Shown piece by piece: positions 63,556-63,907 of a stretch of DNA of 63,907 nt. The position numbers were made by a program, and so were the translations under genes. Origin of the DNA: Thermoplasmatota archaeon. GTDB lineage: Archaea; Thermoplasmatota; Thermoplasmata; UBA10834. Positions within the stretch are counted from its first letter, which is position 1, and every line of letters begins with the position of its first letter. The notes beneath the pieces are model-generated. The model had not been told where the DNA came from. It searched no databases and worked only from the letters and a program-made list of their open reading frames with translations. The DNA lies in contig JAFGHM010000083.1 in NCBI GenBank assembly GCA_016930135.1, forward strand, positions 1 to 63,907. The letters run 5' to 3'.

Positions 63556-63907
63556 TCATGGCAACTCTGTACTCTCAGTTGCCACCGTGCCTTGCTGGGG
63601 AAGATACAGCAAGTATAGAATCGAAGCCCACAAGAAGACGAGCGCCGCGAGGAACAGTGCCGGCTCCAGCTCAGGTGTTTCAAGCACAAACACGACCACG
63701 GCTGCGGGCACTCCAAGTATGATCAAGAGATAGACGAAGAACTGCCATGGTCCTAGGAGTCCTCTTGGCGGCAGACCGAGGTATCCAAACCAGAAGAATC
63801 GTGAGATGGCCCCTAGTCTGCTGCTTGCAGGATTCACATCGGAGACCCACCAAAGGACGGGTGGACACAAGAGACAATACCAGATTGTCTGCCACGACGT
63901 GAGAGGG
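63556..63907 (-). CDS. hypothetical membrane protein (5' end may lie beyond the right window edge)
   Basis: The reading frame stays open to position 63907. The first listed start is TTG at 63870. Hydrophobic segments FFVYLLIILGVPAAVVVFVL and ALFLAALVFLWASILYLLYL. Confidence 0.45.
   Translation of the reverse strand, partial: PLTSWQTIWYCLLCPPVLWWVSDVNPASSRLGAISRFFWFGYLGLPPRGLLGPWQFFVYLLIILGVPAAVVVFVLETPELEPALFLAALVFLWASILYLLYLPQQGTVATESTELP

Overview
GC-rich, densely coding segment that looks archaeal. Evidence for this: an AEP-type primase catalytic subunit, a PAC2 proteasome-assembly chaperone, HdrA/MvhD/HdrCB, TATA-like boxes about 25-30 nt upstream of several starts, and Shine-Dalgarno GGAGG motifs inside operons. 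I would guess a heterotrophic Thermoplasmatota-like lineage, but that is inference only. I support about 65 protein-coding genes. I recognised no rRNA, tRNA, CRISPR array, transposase or integrase. Main content, left to right: (1) a nuclease cluster (RecJ-like DHH, RNase H-fold exonuclease, SbcD-like phosphoesterase); (2) nucleoside phosphorylase, a CaCA antiporter and MFS transporters; (3) a primase catalytic subunit and a Ras/Rab-like small GTPase; (4) an amidohydrolase-RidA pair and a PAC2-Hsp20 pair; (5) a CBS-CBS-HdrA-(MvhD-HdrC-HdrB fusion) operon divergent from an ADP-forming acyl-CoA synthetase alpha subunit; (6) rubredoxin-hom divergent from sdhCDAB; (7) SDRs, flavoproteins, M29 and M55 aminopeptidases and three GNATs; (8) three soluble GAF/PAS histidine kinases, one followed directly by a ChlD-like AAA+/VWA fusion; (9) a nucleotidyltransferase-metallophosphoesterase pair; (10) a DDAH, aminotransferase, serine hydrolase, DUF885 and APC permease cluster; (11) an ABC-2 exporter. 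Most worth a second look: the orphan Hdr-type module with co-transcribed CBS genes; the kinase plus AAA+/VWA pair; a protein that carries only a class Ia aaRS anticodon-binding domain; two SD-preceded oligo-lysine micro-ORFs; an 810-bp non-coding stretch with an AT-rich island and a perfect 18-bp palindrome; and a truncated asparaginase remnant. All family assignments rest on motif recognition by eye, and no database search was possible.
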